Shown here: piece by piece, positions 18,835 through 29,012 of the stretch
Numbering within the stretch: position 1 is the stretch's first letter
Layout of the letters: each line of letters begins with the position of its first letter
From: Promethearchaeati archaeon SRVP18_Atabeyarchaeia-1
Lineage (GTDB): Archaea > Asgardarchaeota > Atabeyarchaeia > Atabeyarchaeales > Atabeyarchaeaceae
DNA: 64,000 bases
Assembly: GCA_037308085.1 (NCBI GenBank)
Contig: CP147779.1
Location: 128,001 to 192,000 of the forward strand
Direction of reading: 5' to 3'
The notes under the pieces: model-generated
Told to the model about the DNA's origin: nothing
The model's database searches: none
The model's input: the letters and a program-made list of their open reading frames with translations, nothing else
Made by a program: the position numbers and the translations under genes

Positions 18835-19404
18835 TTTGAGACTTCCACCTTTTTCGATGAAGGTAACTCTATGCTTCAAGCGTCCTTTGAAACGTCTGTG
18901 TAAGTTGTCTCTTGGTATGAGCCAGACATGATATTCATTCTTTCCTTCCTCGAGGAGTATCTAACCATCCGGTCAGGATCTGGGTGCAGATCCGGCATAC
19001 CGATGATGGTGTATCCTCCTCTGCTCTACATACTTAGTGTGTTGATCACTTAATATATTTTTAGCATATGTTTTCCTATTCCTTTACTCATCTAATTTCA
19101 GTTATTAATTAAGTGAAAGAGGAGAAGAGTATCATGGACATGACTTACTACAACGTCATCCTGCTTGGGCCAGGGATCCCCAACATCCTTGATGATCATC
19201 TTCTTAGGACCCGTGGGAAATGCAGCCTTCCGGTTTTCTCGCCTCGCCTTCTTCGTCCTATGTAGAAAAAGGACTGTATTAGGATTAGTCTGGCAATACA
19301 TGCAACTATTAGGCTTTGTCGAGAATAATCTCAGATCGACATAGCTTCGAGTTCTGGATGATTGCTTGGCCCAATTAGGCCGGTTTCCATCAGATTCTGT
19401 TAGC

Positions 19405-21099
19405 TCACTCTGGTCTGGTTTCCTGTTCTCTCAACTCTTTTCTAAGAACTTTTCCTACTAGGGTCTCAGGGAGCTCTTTTCTGAACTCGACGGACTTTGG
19501 TACTTTGTAGGGCGCCAGCGACTTCTTGCAGAATTCCCTTATTTCGTTAGCGAGGTCATCTCCTTCCTTGTACCCGTCCTTCAGCACGACGAAGGCTTTT
19601 ACTCTCTCGTTACCTGGTGTCCGTGGGTCAGGGATACCTATTACTGAAGCCATCAAGACGGCTTTGTGTTCGTACAGTATGTCTTCGACCTCTCGTGGGT
19701 AGACTTTGAATCCGCTGACATCGATCATGTCTTTCTTCCTATCCACTATGTAGAAGTATCCATCTTCATCCATTCTACCTATGTCGCCTGTCTTGACCCA
19801 CCCATCTTTCATTTGATTCTTCGTTTCTTCGGGTTTGTTCCAGTATCCCTTCATGACTTGGGGCCCCTTAACCATTATCTCTCCTTCTTTCCCTACCGGC
19901 ATGATCTTCGTGTCGTCAGCTAGGTCAACGATCTTAACTTCCGTATCAGGGAAGGGTAACCCGACCGAACCGATTCTCCTTTTTCCTTCACCCGTGGGGT
20001 TGCTATGAGTAACAGGTGAGCACTCTGTCAATCCATATCCTTCGAGGATTTTTCCTCCAGTTCTTTTCTCGAAGTCCTTCAGGACTTCTGGCGGCATTGG
20101 AGCCGCTCCAGTATTGCAGATTCTGATTGATCTAAGATCCTTGGCGTAGTCTCCAATATCATCTCGCTCCAAGAGCCGCATGTACACCGTTGGAACCCCG
20201 GGGAACAGGCTTGGTCTAGTTTCGCGAATGAGCCCTAGCAAGGACTTGAGATCTCTAGGGTCAGCGTTCAAAACCATCGTTACGGCATTGTGTATAAGAG
20301 TGTTCATACAAACAGTCATGCCATAGATATGAAACAGAGGCAGATTTGTTAGGGCGGTTTCTTTCCCTCTTTTTACGTCAGGCAGCCAAGCGGCAGTGGC
20401 TACGGCGTTGGATACAAGGTTGTAGTGCGTCAGCATTGCCCCTTTGGGTAAACCCGTGGTTCCACCAGTATATTGAAGCACTGCTACGTCTTCTTTCGGG
20501 TTGACCTTAAGTTTTGGTGGGTTCGGTTTTGCTTTGTTAACTAGGTTTACGAACTGCATCGTGCCCGCTATTTCGGGTGGCGCCGTCTGCGCATCTGGGG
20601 AGTAGTCGAAAACACCGGTTATGATTATGTTCCTGAGTCTAGTCCTATCTTTTATGTTCCTGATCTTCTCAAGTTGCCTATCCCACGCTATGATTGTCTC
20701 TGCGCCTGCATCATTCAGTTGGAATGCCAACTCTCGTTCCGTTAGGAGAGTGCTGCAACTCGTGACTGTCGCGCCTGACTTCATGATACCGTAGTAACTG
20801 AAGAGGAACTGAGGAAAGTTCGGCATAATAATCGCGACGACATCACCTTTCTTCACACCCAAGCTTGCTAGCGCGGCTGCAAGTCTGTCAGCAGTGTCTT
20901 TGAAATCCTTGTACGATATCCTCCTTTTTAAGAAGTATATCGCTGTGCGACTGCCAAAATCCTTGGCCGCTCTATCGAGTAATTCGTAAAGTGGGATCTC
21001 GGGATAGTCTATGTGGGTTGGAACACCTTTGTCGTATAACTTCAACCAAGGCTTATCTGCATAAGGGTTCTCATTTTTCTGGCTCATAGCTGACAACAC
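19405..21099 (-). CDS. Long-chain fatty acid-CoA ligase (FadD-like)
   Basis: YTGGTTGLPKG, EGYGLTE, TGDIG, DRKKD, GKVL. Confidence 0.93.
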   Translation of the reverse strand: MLSAMSQKNENPYADKPWLKLYDKGVPTHIDYPEIPLYELLDRAAKDFGSRTAIYFLKRRISYKDFKDTADRLAAALASLGVKKGDVVAIIMPNFPQFLFSYYGIMKSGATVTSCSTLLTERELAFQLNDAGAETIIAWDRQLEKIRNIKDRTRLRNIIITGVFDYSPDAQTAPPEIAGTMQFVNLVNKAKPNPPKLKVNPKEDVAVLQYTGGTTGLPKGAMLTHYNLVSNAVATAAWLPDVKRGKETALTNLPLFHIYGMTVCMNTLIHNAVTMVLNADPRDLKSLLGLIRETRPSLFPGVPTVYMRLLERDDIGDYAKDLRSIRICNTGAAPMPPEVLKDFEKRTGGKILEGYGLTECSPVTHSNPTGEGKRRIGSVGLPFPDTEVKIVDLADDTKIMPVGKEGEIMVKGPQVMKGYWNKPEETKNQMKDGWVKTGDIGRMDEDGYFYIVDRKKDMIDVSGFKVYPREVEDILYEHKAVLMASVIGIPDPRTPGNERVKAFVVLKDGYKEGDDLANEIREFCKKSLAPYKVPKSVEFRKELPETLVGKVLRKELREQETRPE

Positions 21100-21290
21100 A
21101 CCTCTAGTTATGGCAACTTCTGATTACATTTCTCCATTTCAGAAAGATGTTAGTGACATCTCCGCTCGACTGATTCAGATTCGATCAGCAGCAAACCATC
21201 TCTTTGCAGCTAATTCGAAAATATCGAAGATATAAGATGGATCATTAGTGATTTGTCATCTACATAGGTAAGTGCTCCGATCTCTTAAGG

Positions 21291-22634
21291 TCATTTCTCT
21301 TCCTCAAGTTCATCGAGAGCATCCGCAGCCGCCTCGCAGACATAATCGCATTTATCATGTATCATATTCTTTACGGCTGGAACAACTTCGGGGGTAGGCG
21401 AACCTATTTTTCCGAGAGCCTCGACAGCACGCCATCGAACATCGTCCTTCTTGTCATGCAATAGATTTACCAGCGCTCCGATTCCTTTGGCGGCAGGCGA
21501 ACCGATCTTCCCCAATGCTATTGCAGCCTCACGACGAACAATAGCGTCACTATCACTCAATGCTTCCTGCAATCCTGGAACAGCTTCTGCCGCCGCATCT
21601 CCCATTCTTCCTAGTGCTCTTGCCGCTTCTGTGCGGACAGTTTGCTTTCCATCCTTCAGCGCCTCGACAAGAGCTGGAATGCCTTCCACGGCGTCAGCGC
21701 CAACTCCTCCGATCGCCCCAGCTGCTAGGTACCTCACTTCTTCGTTTCCCTCTTTCAGTGCTTCAGTCAGCGCTGGGACGGCATACTTACCTATACTGCG
21801 AAGCCCGTCGGCTGCTTTTCCGCGCACCGCTTCGTCTCTGTCACGCAACCTGGCAGACAAGGCGTTGATTACTTTCGGTTCCTTGAGTTTCGTCTCGCCT
21901 AGAGCTTCAACCGCCGCTCGCCGGACAATTGCACGCGGGTGCACTGAAGCTTTCAATAGGCTTGGAACTGCATCCCATCCTATCCGGGCGAGAGCACTTG
22001 TGGCTCGGTAACGTACTCTCCAATCCTTGTCTTCAAGTGCGCTCATTAAACTTGGAATAGCCTCAGAAGCACCTTCTCCGATCTTCTCTATTGACTTCGC
22101 TGCAGCTGTTCTAACAGTCCAGCTCTCATCTTTGAGGGCTCTGATCAGATCTGGAATAGACTTGTAAGCCTCTCGCCCTATTCTTCCAAGCGCCCCAGCA
22201 GCTTCAGTTCGGACTTCCTCGCTGGCGTCTTTCAGAGCAGTCATCAAGCTGGATATCGCTTCGCCCGTACCAGATCCTATGTCCCCCAGGGTAATTGCAG
22301 CTTGTTTGCGGACCGAGACTTCCTGGTCCTTCAAGAGCTTCGATATCTTCGAGATAGCTTTGGCTGCAGGTTTGCCTATCCTTCCCAATGATCTAGCAGC
22401 TTCACGACGCACGCTCCAGTCTTCATCCTCCAGTCGATCCGTCAATTTGGGGACAGCTGAAGCGGCCTTTGGACCAAGTTCGCCCAAAGCAACGGTGGCA
22501 TTGAAGCGAATAGACCTTATCTCACTTTTCAAGTGCCCGCTTAATTCACCTATTATGCTCGGGTCTTTCTCTGCTCTTGATACAATTACCTCAATCTTTG
22601 CGTCTCTAAGGAGATCTATTAGTTGAGCGGACAT
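21291..22634 (-). CDS. HEAT (PBS-lyase-type) repeat alpha-solenoid protein
   Basis: About 13 tandem repeats of about 31-33 aa, pattern AVPxLxxALxDxxxxVRxxAAxALGxIG. GGAGG SD lies before ATG 22634. Confidence 0.92.
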   Translation of the reverse strand: MSAQLIDLLRDAKIEVIVSRAEKDPSIIGELSGHLKSEIRSIRFNATVALGELGPKAASAVPKLTDRLEDEDWSVRREAARSLGRIGKPAAKAISKISKLLKDQEVSVRKQAAITLGDIGSGTGEAISSLMTALKDASEEVRTEAAGALGRIGREAYKSIPDLIRALKDESWTVRTAAAKSIEKIGEGASEAIPSLMSALEDKDWRVRYRATSALARIGWDAVPSLLKASVHPRAIVRRAAVEALGETKLKEPKVINALSARLRDRDEAVRGKAADGLRSIGKYAVPALTEALKEGNEEVRYLAAGAIGGVGADAVEGIPALVEALKDGKQTVRTEAARALGRMGDAAAEAVPGLQEALSDSDAIVRREAAIALGKIGSPAAKGIGALVNLLHDKKDDVRWRAVEALGKIGSPTPEVVPAVKNMIHDKCDYVCEAAADALDELEEEK

Positions 22635-22788
22635 TGAGTTACGCATTCCTCCTTCTATTGTCCTACTTATTCGGGGAAGGATGAATCTGTGCATGACGAA
22701 AGACAATCATGATTCAAGATTACGGTGTCATCCATTAGGATTTATCCGGGTGCAGGACAGAGTGAAGTCTCCTCTAGACAGACTCTCC

Positions 22789-23505
22789 CTATGCTATGCC
22801 TAAGTACACTTCTTTCATTCGAGGTTCCTTCCTAAGCTCTTTTGGAGTTCCTCTCATCTCGATTTTTCCTTCCTCGAGAACGTGGAGGTTCTCCGCGACC
22901 TCTAGCGCTAAGACTGCATCTTGCTCGACCAGGAGCGTAGTCGTTCCGGTCTTCTTGATCTCGTTGATGGCTTCAAAGATCCTAGTCTTAACCTTTGGAG
23001 CCAAACCCAGTGAAGGTTCGTCCATTAACAGGAGTTTTGGATTGGCCATAAGCGCACGCCCGATTGCAAGCATTTGCTGCTCTCCGCCACTGAGCGTTCC
23101 TGCTGTCTGTCTCCGCCTGTGTTCAAGAACGGGGAATATCTTGAACACCAACTTCATGAGACTCTTGATTTTGCTCTTGTCCTTCACCGAATATGCCCCC
23201 ATATCAAGGTTCTCCATGACGCTCATATCGGGGAAGAGTCTGCGCCTTTCAGGACAATGAGCTATTCCCTTCCTCGCAATCTCATAGGGTTCTAGCTCGT
23301 CAATCCTCTCGCCCTTAAAAGTGATTGTTCCTCTGTCAATCTCTTCTAGACCGGTGATCGCCCTGAGCAGGGTAGTCTTGCCAGCCCCGTTTGGCCCAAT
23401 AACTGCGTCGAGGGTTTTGCTCTCGACGTTCAAGCTAACATCTTCAAGAGCTCTGGCTTTTCCGTAGTAGTGATAGATCTTCTTTACTTCAAGCAAATTT
23501 CTCAC
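22789..23505 (-). CDS. livF: Branched-chain-type ABC transporter ATPase (LivF-like)
   Basis: GPNGAGKTT, LSGGEQQM, DEPSLGLAP, LVEQ. Confidence 0.92.
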   Translation of the reverse strand: MRNLLEVKKIYHYYGKARALEDVSLNVESKTLDAVIGPNGAGKTTLLRAITGLEEIDRGTITFKGERIDELEPYEIARKGIAHCPERRRLFPDMSVMENLDMGAYSVKDKSKIKSLMKLVFKIFPVLEHRRRQTAGTLSGGEQQMLAIGRALMANPKLLLMDEPSLGLAPKVKTRIFEAINEIKKTGTTTLLVEQDAVLALEVAENLHVLEEGKIEMRGTPKELRKEPRMKEVYLGIA

Positions 23506-24241
23506 CCTTACCTAGATAAGCTTCCAATACGATCTTGTTATTGGCGACCTCCTTGGGTGGCCCGTCAGCGATCAGCTTGCCCTGATGCATAGCGAGCACT
23601 CTCGGAACAAGTGTCATGAGTTCACGCATCACATGCCCTGTTACAAATATCGTGGCTCCTTCTTCATTCAGGTTTCTAACCAACTTTCCAATATTCTCTG
23701 ATTCCTCACGAGCTAAACCGCTAAAGGGCTCATCAAGAAGAAGCAGCTGGGGATTTGTCGCGAGTGCTCTAGCTATTTCAAGTCTTCTCAAGTCGCCATG
23801 AGGCAAGACTATTGGGGGCAATCTAGCCTTGTCCACAAGACCAACTGAGGAGAGAATCGTACTCGCATATGCATCTATCCCAATATCCTGGGAGACGGCT
23901 TTGCCCCTTGGTGATAAACATCCTACTGTCACATTATCCAGTAGTGTCATGTACCGAAAAGGTCTAACCAATTGAAACGTTCTCGCCAGACCTGTGCCAA
24001 CAACTTGAAAGGGTTTCCATCCAGTGATGTCGACACCATCAAACTTGATAGCACCAGCGCTGGGCTTCTCGAATCCAGATATCAAGTTAAAGACTGTAGT
24101 TTTGCCAGCCCCATTGGGACCTATCAACCCAGCCATGGAGCCACGCTCTATTTCAAAGCTAACATCATTCACCGCTGTTAGTCCGCCGAACTTCTTCGTC
24201 AGATTCTTGACTTCAAGTATGGTCCCCATTACTTGACTCAC
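23489..24241 (-). CDS. livG: Branched-chain-type ABC transporter ATPase (LivG-like)
   Basis: FGGLTAV, GPNGAGKTT, ARTFQ, LDEP, EAYLG. Confidence 0.92.
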   Translation of the reverse strand: MSQVMGTILEVKNLTKKFGGLTAVNDVSFEIERGSMAGLIGPNGAGKTTVFNLISGFEKPSAGAIKFDGVDITGWKPFQVVGTGLARTFQLVRPFRYMTLLDNVTVGCLSPRGKAVSQDIGIDAYASTILSSVGLVDKARLPPIVLPHGDLRRLEIARALATNPQLLLLDEPFSGLAREESENIGKLVRNLNEEGATIFVTGHVMRELMTLVPRVLAMHQGKLIADGPPKEVANNKIVLEAYLGKGEKFA

Positions 24242-24266
24242 CGCTCTCAGAGTTGCTTCTCCTTAG

Positions 24267-25340
24267 CTACTTTCCTCTTAGAATCTGCCAAAACTCCTTG
24301 AGGCGTTCAATCAATGGCCTCACAGTCCCATTGGACGCGAATCTCAGAACGATAATCAGCGCTATGGCGAAGATCAAATATGTCACGTCACCGAAACCTC
24401 TCAGGAATTCAGCCAAGAAAATGAAGAAGTAGGCCCCGCCGACAGATCCAAAGATCGTAGCGATCCCGCCCAAGGTTGCCATAACAATCGCGTAAAATGA
24501 ATACAACGTGGAAAATGTTTCGGGGCTTACACCTGTGAAATGGAAAGCGTAGAGTGAACCTGCGATGCCTGCAAAGAAGGAACTTATCATGAACGCAACC
24601 AACTTATATTTCGTCGTGTTGATCCCCGAAGCTTCGGCTGATGTCTCATCATCCCGAATCGCCTTAAAGACCGTTCCGACCCTTGAGTTACTGACGGCGA
24701 TCATGGCTAGAACTGACACTATCATCAAGGCTAACACCACCAAGTACTCGACTACCGGGTCAGGAGACACTGGGGGAACTCGGGACACGCCCCCAGACCC
24801 GCCAAGCCAAGGCGCTAGGTAAACTGACCGGAATAGCTCAGCCAATATCAGAGTAAACGCCAACGTTCCTAATGCAAAGTACGGACCTCGTAACCTCAAG
24901 CAAGGAATTCCAATTATCACACCAAAGAAGACTGCTACGATCGCTCCAAGAAACATGGACACCCACCATGGCTGACCATAATAACGTGCCAAGGCTGAAG
25001 CGGCATAACCTGCTATTCCAAGGAACGCAGCATGACCAAAGCTACTTTGCCCCACAAATCCTGCTAAGAGATCCCAACTCGCAGCAAAAATCACAAATAT
25101 ATTTGCTGTAATGAAAATGCCTAGGTAATACAAGTTACTACTTAACAATGGAAAAACGAAGACAAAGAGCAAACATAAGATAGTCAGTGTTCCTTTGAAA
25201 GTGGAAGCCCAAGGTTTGATGCGCCTCGTTGAAGGCGGTACCTGTTGAAAGAAGTGTTTTACAGCTGTCGGAAGCCACTTAACGAAGTTCTTTGTGGCAC
25301 TCGTAGCATTTCGCACCGACCTGCGGGTCCTCTTTGCCAT
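24267..25340 (-). CDS. livM: ABC transporter permease (LivM-like)
   Basis: GQSSFGHAAF, LRLRGPYFAL, AIRDDETSAEASGIN. Confidence 0.92.
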   Translation of the reverse strand: MAKRTRRSVRNATSATKNFVKWLPTAVKHFFQQVPPSTRRIKPWASTFKGTLTILCLLFVFVFPLLSSNLYYLGIFITANIFVIFAASWDLLAGFVGQSSFGHAAFLGIAGYAASALARYYGQPWWVSMFLGAIVAVFFGVIIGIPCLRLRGPYFALGTLAFTLILAELFRSVYLAPWLGGSGGVSRVPPVSPDPVVEYLVVLALMIVSVLAMIAVSNSRVGTVFKAIRDDETSAEASGINTTKYKLVAFMISSFFAGIAGSLYAFHFTGVSPETFSTLYSFYAIVMATLGGIATIFGSVGGAYFFIFLAEFLRGFGDVTYLIFAIALIIVLRFASNGTVRPLIERLKEFWQILRGK

Positions 25341-25408
25341 TTCACTTATTCCTCCTCAAGAACATGCCTCGGCTTACTGGTTTGTAAAAACCAGGTCGTC
25401 TCCATTTT

Positions 25409-26278
25409 CTATCCAGACTCCTTTTTCCCAAGCAACCCCTGTGGCCTAACTATCAGCACCACCAAGATTACGATAAGTGGAATCAATGCCCCGAAAGCAG
25501 GTTGATCAAGGACGAACGTGCAGAAGTTTCCCGAATATGAGATAACGAAGGCTCCCACTACACTGCCCGGCACACTTCCCATACCCCCGAGAACAACCAC
25601 GGAGAAAGCCGTCAGCAACGTGGTCCAACCCATGTCGGGACTCAAAACAGACGCTGGCACATACAAAACAGCCGCAACACCTGCAAGAAACGCGGATAGC
25701 GCAACCGTTACCATAAGAATCCTGTCAGCATTTATTCCCATAAGCATAGCCGCTTCTCGATCTTGGGCAACTGCTCGAATCGACTTCCCGATCTTAGCCT
25801 TATTGATGAAAAGAGTTACAAAGAGTACGAGTATCATAGAACCGAAGAAAGCAACGACAAACTGTGTTGGAAAAGTAACACCCAACAACGTAACAGTACC
25901 ACTAGCTAGGCCCGGAATAGTCTGATAAGTAACGAGACCTGTTCTGGCCACCTCAGCTACCCTAACAAAGTACTGCATGAAAAACGCCAATCCAAAGGTT
26001 ATGATGACGGCTCCGACAAGAGTCTTTTGAAGAGGTTTGATGAGCGCAAGATACGTAACCCCCCCAATAAGCGTCACTAACAGCAATGAAACCAGCATGC
26101 TTCCAGGCACGCCAAAAAACGGAATGAACCATAGCACTAAGTAAGCAGCAATCAGGTAAAATGCACCATGAGCAAGGTTCAAGATTCCGCCTACACCGTA
26201 AACCAAGGAGAAACCGATAGCAAGCAACGCGAAAATGGCTCCTTGAACCGCCCCATAGATCAGCATTTGCTCGATCAA
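25409..26278 (-). CDS. livH: ABC transporter permease (LivH-like)
   Basis: GFSLVYG..LNLAHG, GKSIRAVAQDREAAMLMGI, RPQGLLG. Confidence 0.92.
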   Translation of the reverse strand: MIEQMLIYGAVQGAIFALLAIGFSLVYGVGGILNLAHGAFYLIAAYLVLWFIPFFGVPGSMLVSLLLVTLIGGVTYLALIKPLQKTLVGAVIITFGLAFFMQYFVRVAEVARTGLVTYQTIPGLASGTVTLLGVTFPTQFVVAFFGSMILVLFVTLFINKAKIGKSIRAVAQDREAAMLMGINADRILMVTVALSAFLAGVAAVLYVPASVLSPDMGWTTLLTAFSVVVLGGMGSVPGSVVGAFVISYSGNFCTFVLDQPAFGALIPLIVILVVLIVRPQGLLGKKESG

Positions 26279-26405
26279 TTCGGGTTAACCTCCCATGATA
26301 ACATCATAACATGATAATGATTGACTGCTTGTCGGGAAACGGATAATTCGTGAATGATCCCTAAGTTTCGCTACCTTGTTTCAATCGCTTCTGCCGAGAG
26401 AACAT

Positions 26406-26418
26406 ACAAAAAAAAGAA
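26406..26418 (-). terminator. Oligo-T archaeal terminator after the binding-protein gene
   Basis: TTCTTTTTTTTGT on the minus strand, about 45 nt past the stop codon. Confidence 0.5.
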
Positions 26419-26458
26419 GGAGATTATTTTGAGCTGTCACCAGTCCTCGGTGTCTCTA

Positions 26459-27883
26459 TTATAATTTGTTTATGCCTTGAGGTGGAAGCATCAAAGATCC
26501 TGTCACTATGTAGTTCGGATATAGGGCGCCACCTGACGTGATGCAAGGCTTGTTTCCACCTGACTGCCACTGGGCGAAAATCGGAACGCCGTAGGGCCAG
26601 CCATAACTTAAGTCGTGGCTACGTGTGAACGCTGCTTTGCCAGCGACACCGGTTATTGGATTAGCTTTGTTTATCGTCTCGAGCGCTGCGACTAGCTTGT
26701 AGTTGGTGAATGACTGGGTTTGGTTGATTGCGTATCGTAGCAGGGTAATAGCGTCGTATCCGCCGGCTGAAGTGTATATCGGAACCGCACTAAAGTTGCC
26801 TAGGTAGTGGTCCCAGAATGGTATCGTATAGACGGTCTTGTTGTGTCTCACGAATGTCTGCAATACAACTTCGTACATGCATTTTCCTGCTGTATCGGTC
26901 CAAAATGATTGGAGTTGTGACGGTACATTGATGCCACAAATGAGGCACTGAGGTCTTGTCGCGTTGTACTGTGTGTCCATAAGTACTCCGCCCTGGGCGG
27001 ATATTATGGGTATTACCACTTGGGCTTTCGAACCATTAATCGCGGTCCAGTATCCTGAGAAAGCCGTACTATCCGCTGTCATTGGAAATGCAATGTCCTG
27101 AACTGGAGTAGGGTCCCAGCCAATAGCTCCCATGTATGCTTTCAGCGCGTTGTCCATTGGTACCGTCCAGTCAAGGGCTTCTCTTAGGACAGCCCAGTGT
27201 TTCACCATACTTGTGTTGCCACCGAAAGCCATTGCAGCAATAACGTTTCTCAGAACTGCTAGTTCCGTGATCGCTGATGATCCTAGGGAAGTTGAGTTGA
27301 TCGGCTGGTCTCTGAAGAAGTACTGGTATCTCGAGTGGCTGTCCAAGACGTTTTGGCAGAAGTAGTCTGTGGCTGCACCTGTGCCAATGAATATCAACTT
27401 ATGATCCATTACTGTTTCGATATATGCTTTCAGTGATTCTGTCCTGAATCCGCCAGTCAGGAATTGGGCCCCATCCACTGATATTATCTTTTGCGCAGCA
27501 GCGACACCTTTGCTTGTGTCAAGAAATGCCGCAGCTTCAGATGTGTCCTCGGATATTAGCCCGAAGTAGTAATGTGTTCCGTTGACAACTACGCCACCTG
27601 CAGTATTAATTTCGTACGCTGCAAGCCATGACCCCTGCCAAGATCCTTTACCTGTTGAATCGGTCATGTCGTCAAGGACGCCTACCTTGATTATCTGGCT
27701 GTCTGGTACACCTGTTACCCCTGGAGTCACATATGAGATGCCTCGTTGCGTTAGCAAGATAGCTCCGCCGACGCCTGCTACGGCGATAACGACGACGACT
27801 GCGATTGCGATTATTCTCTTCTGTCCTGTACTCATTCCCATCTTCTTTTCAGTCCTCTCTCTCTCTCTTCCAGATTCGGCCAT
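26459..27883 (-). CDS. Membrane-anchored ABC substrate-binding protein (LivK/J-like)
   Basis: N-terminal hydrophobic anchor, LAAYEINTAGG motif, many N-x-S/T sequons; heads the liv cluster. Confidence 0.88.
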   Translation of the reverse strand: MAESGRERERTEKKMGMSTGQKRIIAIAVVVVIAVAGVGGAILLTQRGISYVTPGVTGVPDSQIIKVGVLDDMTDSTGKGSWQGSWLAAYEINTAGGVVVNGTHYYFGLISEDTSEAAAFLDTSKGVAAAQKIISVDGAQFLTGGFRTESLKAYIETVMDHKLIFIGTGAATDYFCQNVLDSHSRYQYFFRDQPINSTSLGSSAITELAVLRNVIAAMAFGGNTSMVKHWAVLREALDWTVPMDNALKAYMGAIGWDPTPVQDIAFPMTADSTAFSGYWTAINGSKAQVVIPIISAQGGVLMDTQYNATRPQCLICGINVPSQLQSFWTDTAGKCMYEVVLQTFVRHNKTVYTIPFWDHYLGNFSAVPIYTSAGGYDAITLLRYAINQTQSFTNYKLVAALETINKANPITGVAGKAAFTRSHDLSYGWPYGVPIFAQWQSGGNKPCITSGGALYPNYIVTGSLMLPPQGINKL

Positions 27884-28189
27884 ATTGGCTTAGGGTGTCG
27901 GTATGTTGGTTTGATGTATAAAACTCTTTCTGTTTACACAACTCCTCGCCGATACGGGCAACGCTTCCCATGATGAGGTTAATGGGGAAGATGAGTCAAT
28001 GATTGGAGCGCCAGATGCTTCATTTGAATTGCCAGACTTCTGATCAAGATTCTCGCAAATCCCCGTTGGCAGTTGGCAGCCAGGTAGTCTTACCAATTGC
28101 ACGATGTTCTCACACCGTACTCCGCATGTCATTTGCCTGGCTATCTGCGTCCAGGTTCCCAGAAAAATCGCTTGGAGGTGATAGCCATA

Positions 28190-28393
28190 ATGGTAAGAAG
28201 GAGTGAGGTGATAATCTGGCTGAAAACTTGGAGGATTGCTGAAGGCTTGGTAAATGTCCTCAAACAGGTAGGCGACTCGCATACCCATTGGTGGGCGGCA
28301 GACAGGCTTGGCGTAATCAGAGACCCGATGGCTGTTGAGCTCTCAAGAGAGATGTTTCTCGGTCTCCAGTGTAGACTTAGATGGACACGGTAG
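28190..28393 (+). pseudogene. Probable decayed HEAT-repeat gene fragment
   Basis: GGAGGTGA SD then ATG 28190. AEGLVNVLKQVGDSHTHWWAADRLGVIRDPMAVEL resembles one degenerate HEAT repeat, followed by an early stop. Confidence 0.4.
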
Positions 28394-28398
28394 GTACC

Positions 28399-28935
28399 TC
28401 AGGCAAGAAACCTCTCCATAATTATCTCATCGATATAATGACCTTGAAGGTTGAATTGCCTCTTCTTCCTGCCTACTTCCTTAAAGCCGAACTTCCTGTA
28501 CAGTCTTATTGCATGCCTGTTGGTGTGGAAAACACTCAGAGTCATCTTCTCGAACCCTTTTTCGTAAGCGAATCTGAGAAGCGAGTCCAAGAGGGCTGAA
28601 CCGACCCCGATTCCTCGAAACTTGGGGAGGATGGCAATACCTAGTTCGCCGACATGTTTAGATAGATCCCATACCGATTCCTCAATTGAGGCGTAACCCA
28701 CGACTTCGCCGTCAATCTCGCATAATAGCGTCAGGAATCCACTCTCTTCATCATTGCCGCTCCCTGGATGGTTGTTACGATCTAGGGCCTTCTGATCGCG
28801 AATACTGGGTGTATAAAGTCCCTCGTTTAACACCTTGCTATATATTCCCCAGATCTCCGAGAAATCCGCTTCCACTGCTTCTCTGATAGTCGCCCCTTGA
28901 CCCGATTTCGCCAAGTCGTACGCTCTTGGAAGCAA
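28399..28935 (-). CDS. GNAT family N-acetyltransferase
   Basis: HVGELGIAILPKFRGIGVGSAL, NRHAIRLYRKFGF. Confidence 0.92.
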   Translation of the reverse strand: MLPRAYDLAKSGQGATIREAVEADFSEIWGIYSKVLNEGLYTPSIRDQKALDRNNHPGSGNDEESGFLTLLCEIDGEVVGYASIEESVWDLSKHVGELGIAILPKFRGIGVGSALLDSLLRFAYEKGFEKMTLSVFHTNRHAIRLYRKFGFKEVGRKKRQFNLQGHYIDEIIMERFLA

Positions 28936-29012
28936 AACTAGCAGGCCCCTGACTCTAATAGGAGGCTCTTGACCAGCTTGTCAGAACTCCCTCAGATGAC
29001 CTGAAAAGCCCT

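Noticed and set aside
19098-19352. Short ORFs on both strands between the gelsolin gene and the acyl-CoA ligase
   Set aside because: No recognisable motif; cannot be distinguished from noise or a heavily decayed gene.
21451-22626. Long antisense ORFs here and elsewhere (e.g. 7799-8482, 52884-53612)
   Set aside because: Shadow frames of well-supported genes on the opposite strand.
27965-28045. Perfect ATGATGA box C in the gap upstream of the ABC binding protein
   Set aside because: Guide lengths and D box position do not fit C/D architecture.
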